NCBI RefSeq assembly: GCF_964355755.1
Contig: NC_092676.1
Span: forward strand, 3,573,888-3,637,887
Length of the DNA stretch: 64,000 nucleotides
DNA from: Antedon mediterranea
Taxonomy: Eukaryota > Animalia > Echinodermata
Direction of reading: 5' to 3'
Below the pieces are notes generated by a model that saw only the letters and a list, made by a program, of their open reading frames with translations, was not told the origin of the DNA and ran no database searches. The position numbers and the translations under genes are program-made. Positions 62,105 through 64,000 of the stretch are shown piece after piece. Position 1 is the first letter of the stretch; every line of letters starts with the position of its first letter.

Positions 62105-63208
62105 AGAAGATGAGATGAGATAACTAAGATGACGTCACCTAGTTGTGGATGAGCTAATAATGATGCAAACGTGTACGAAAATGTTAAATTATCACCGAGA
62201 TTAAGAAGAGTTGGAATCAACATTTCAGATAATCGCGAAGATGACGTAACCAAGGTGCATGCGAGTAAAAAAACGACGTATACGAAAATGTATCGGTACG
62301 GACAAAAGCAGTGAAGTGTGCTAAGATATAGAGGAAGCAAAACTGAACCAAACGTACAGAATATTCATACAAAAACAAACAATGAAAACTGCACTAACGC
62401 ATATTATCATATAGACTTGTTTATGAAGTGTTCAATACCTAAATTAGAGGTTTATACCAGGTATGATATATTTAGTATTGATGTTTTTATTAGTGAAAAT
62501 GATAACTTTTAACATTTGCAAACTACTGTCCCCAACACGTACAGGGGTGTGACCTAAAAGTATTGTAAGACTAGTATGGGCCATGATACTTCCATGGTAA
62601 GAGAAATAGAAAAGTAGGCTAAATATATACGTTGAATTATTATAGCAGAGTATTAAAATATTGTAATTTTGTTTAAGGAAGTAAATCAAAAAATATTATA
62701 TTATAAATAATCAACTCTGAGATTAACATTAACCAGGAAAGGGAAGGAAGGAAGTATTAGAAAACAATGCAATATACATGGCTGCAGTCGCGTGCTCAAG
62801 TTAGTGTTTACCGACCGAGCAATTGACCGACATAGAGAGATGTAAAGTCGCATTGCAAGCGACTAATAATTAGCAGAATTAAACTGTACAGAAACGAGTA
62901 AAGAAAAACAGAATAAAGTTCATCGATAACATACTCTTATTTGGCATGAAATAAGCAACAATAAAATATCGATTATATGCAAGTACACGTGATTGTCCAA
63001 AATGGATTTTCCATGTTTCTATATAAAGCTGCGATTGTATACGCCATTAGATTTCTATATAAATATAAATATAATTTAATTATTAAACTTTAAGCAAGAA
63101 CTTATATATATTGATCGATATTTACACGTTGCAAATTAGTAATTTTGTAAAAATGTATTTAATAAATATTTTGCTTTAAGTCTATAATTTTTTACTGTAT
63201 ATTTATAA

Positions 63209-63485
63209 CTGCAAAGTTAACGGACAAAAACCTCGCATAAATCACTTGAATTGAGAGGTATAGAGAAATTGAACAGTACATTGTTAATTTTTTTTTAATA
63301 GTTAATAGACTTTTATTTCGCATCTTTCTTTCTTTGTTTAAATGAAATCTGAAAATTGGACCCCATTGGAAATAAGTTTGCTTTTTTGTCGACTTAATGG
63401 GTTATCCAGGTATTCTTTTAATACATTGTATATTTTAACTTTTTATGTATGAATATCGAATAAAATCAATCAATCAATCAATTTG
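63209..63485 (+). mobile_element. Probable retroelement 3' fragment with (CAAT)n tail
   Basis: Insertion absent from the paralogous site at ~8928; ends aataaaatcaatcaatcaatcaat. Confidence 0.5.
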
Positions 63486-63947
63486 ACATTTTTGTATATT
63501 AATAGGCATGTGTTTTGTAACTTTTAAAGGTTACTTTATTATTACTTGTATTAATTTTTAATGTAACCGAGTAAATTACGTAATTTATTGTTTTATGACA
63601 TACAATACAGGAAATAAATTCAGACTTATGTTTTTATTTTACAGAGAATAAATAAATAGTATCAGATATCACAAATGTGTGAAGAAATACATTAAAAATA
63701 TTATTTTATTCTCTCAGCTTGAGTGTACTACTTACAGTACGCTCATGTAAATATATATTTAATTGAATATGTATAAGTAATTGTTTCTGTAATTGATTAT
63801 TATAAGAGAGCAGACAAATTAAACTTAATTTAAAGTAAATTTTTCCAAATGTTATTGTACTTGTTTGTTGATTAAGGAACAAATGAATGGAAAGGGCACC
63901 AGTTGAGATCAACGTTAACGAGAATAAGAAAGAAAGTTGTAAAAAAA

Positions 63948-64000
63948 AAAATGAATATGACTGTGTAAAATCAGCAGACAATCGAAACGATAAAATGACT
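63948..64000 (+). pseudogene. Start of a second orphan class-G tail fragment
   Basis: aatgaatatgactgtgtaaaatcagcagac, as at ~9438. Confidence 0.75.

Overview
AT-rich eukaryotic (invertebrate animal-like) DNA; the taxon cannot be established from sequence alone. The window is dominated by a head-to-tail, all-plus-strand tandem array of apparently intronless immunoglobulin-superfamily receptor genes. There are 13 gene starts: 9 reading frames that run through the TM helix, 3 frameshifted and 1 truncated, plus several orphan fragments. The shared architecture is signal peptide, variable N-terminal V/I-type Ig domain, two more conserved Ig domains, Ser/Thr-rich stalk, uncharged TM helix and tyrosine-motif-rich tail (ITIM-like LTYADI/LDYATV/IKYENI, YDxV, YxxP, YEN). 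Paralogues are mosaics: promoter, first Ig domain, stalk and about five tail classes are recombined, and variation is concentrated in the loops of Ig domain 1. This suggests an immune or self/non-self receptor cluster evolving by birth and death. Intergenic DNA holds duplicated blocks, a 40-bp minisatellite tied to one tail class, and many transposon remnants: Harbinger and MITEs, an L1/Tx1 LINE with TSD, an RTE-like LINE split by a Sola3-like element, a solo LTR, SINEs, Helentron-like repeats and Penelope-type hammerhead motifs. Starts were moved to the first ATG where the ORF track used GTG/TTG.
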